A stretch of DNA of 64,000 bases from Heptranchias perlo (taxonomy: Eukaryota): positions 185,938,001 to 186,002,000 of the forward strand of contig NC_090325.1 in NCBI RefSeq assembly GCF_035084215.1, given 5' to 3'. How positions within the stretch are numbered: position 1 is the first letter of the stretch; every line of letters begins with the position of its first letter. Shown one piece after another: positions 63,040-64,000 of the stretch. The notes below the pieces were generated by a model. The model was not told the DNA's origin and did no database searches. It worked only from the letters and a program-made list of their open reading frames with translations. The position numbers were made by a program, and so were the translations under genes.

Positions 63040-63150
63040 ACATGAGGCTTCCCAAATCCATTTCATTTAGGGCCCTTACAGCCATCCATCAGTCTCGGCT
63101 GGATTTGAGGCAACAGTCCAATGCCTAACCCATCGCACAACCCAGCCCCA
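63040..63150 (-). mobile_element. LF-SINE-like fragment
   Basis: catttcatttagggcccttacagcc...ggctggatttga matches 34480-34635. Confidence 0.45.
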
Positions 63151-63159
63151 CACAGCCTC

Positions 63160-63400
63160 AGTCTGATGAAGGGTCATGACCAAAATGCTACCCCCTTTCT
63201 TTTGGGGGTAATTTTAACCTAACCTGCCCAGGCGGAAATGTGACAGGATCGGATCGGCCTCCCGTTTTACACGCCACTCAATTTGGAAGTTTCCCCCCCG
63301 GGCGGGTTAGGTTAAAATTGCCCCCTTTGTCTTTGTCTGTTGTGGACTCCCAGCACTTTCTGTTTTTATTTCAGATCCCCACTATTTACAGTTTTCTTTA
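63160..63400 (+). mobile_element. Penelope-derived pLTR remnant with a decayed hammerhead core, split by a MITE
   Basis: ctgatgaagggtcatgacc at 63163; resumes ...ccagcactttctgtttttatttcagat as in 31200-31285. Confidence 0.5.
63204..63325. mobile_element. MITE (Harbinger/Tourist-like)
   Basis: 21-bp TIRs gggggtaattttaacctaacc / ggttaggttaaaattgccccc (1 mismatch); 3-bp TSD TTT. Confidence 0.75.
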
Positions 63401-63524
63401 TACCCTTAAAGCCTAATATAACTACTGCTAAACTGTAGTAATTCTTAAGGAGTACTGTTACTGATCCATTTTTCAATTGTCATTGGTATGCATTTAAAAT
63501 AGTCAGTACATCTGCTTGAAGAAA

Positions 63525-63775
63525 ACCAACAATGTCCTTTAGGGGAAAGAAACTTGGTGTCCTTACGCGGCCTGGCCTATTTGTGACTCCAGTCCCACAC
63601 CCACGTGGTTGACTCTTAACTGCCCTCCGAAGTGACCTAGCAAGCCACTCAGTTGTATCAAACTGCTGCCAATGGTTCAAGAAGAAGGCCCACCACCACC
63701 TTCTCAGGGCAACTAGGAATACCCAATAAATGCCAGCCTTGCCAGTGCTGTCCACATCCCGAGAATGAATTAAAG
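63525..63775 (+). mobile_element. SINE with family B LINE tail (5'-truncated)
   Basis: aatgtcctttaggggaaagaaac...gcaagccactcagttgtatcaaac...caccaccttctcagggcaactagg...caataaatgccagcc. Confidence 0.8.
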
Positions 63776-64000
63776 TAAACAAGAATCATACTGTAAACCA
63801 CTTGTGATAAGTTCTGATAAAGGTTTGCAGCCCAGCACTGCTGAGCAGATTTTGTGGAACTTGCTATGGGCACACAATAGATCCATTTCTAACCAGCTCC
63901 GTGCCATCAGCTTTATATCTCCCTATCAGCTAATGGCAATCTGCTGTTAGAGATCGATTAATGGCTTTGGTTCTCATGGGTCACATTACTAGATTAGCAT

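Overview
This is eukaryotic, non-coding, repeat-rich DNA, most likely from a cartilaginous fish (shark). That assignment is inferred from the repeats: several CR1 LINE subfamilies, L2 LINEs, a second Jockey-group LINE, SacSINE1/AmnSINE1-type Deu-domain SINEs, LF-SINE-like SINEs, Penelope-like elements, and PIF/Harbinger-type and hAT-type non-autonomous DNA transposons. I could not support any host protein-coding exon, and there is no tRNA/rRNA gene or CRISPR array, so the window reads as a large intron or gene desert. The only long intact ORF (25526-27748, 740 aa) is the ORF2 of a young, 5'-truncated CR1 inserted into an older CR1. Most notable observations: (1) a ~390-bp copy of unique DNA plus a CR1 tail from 57.5-58.0 kb is pasted into a SINE 18 kb away; (2) Penelope-derived repeats carry minimal hammerhead-ribozyme motifs; (3) a family of GC-rich Harbinger-type non-autonomous elements retains inward-facing splice donors and YY1-like motifs, and one larger copy retains a spliced Myb/SANT-like pseudogene; (4) there is a 1.85-kb, 28-bp minisatellite with variant units and higher-order structure. 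I found no convincing wholly new biological system. Family names come from recalled consensus sequences rather than database searches, and most boundaries are approximate.
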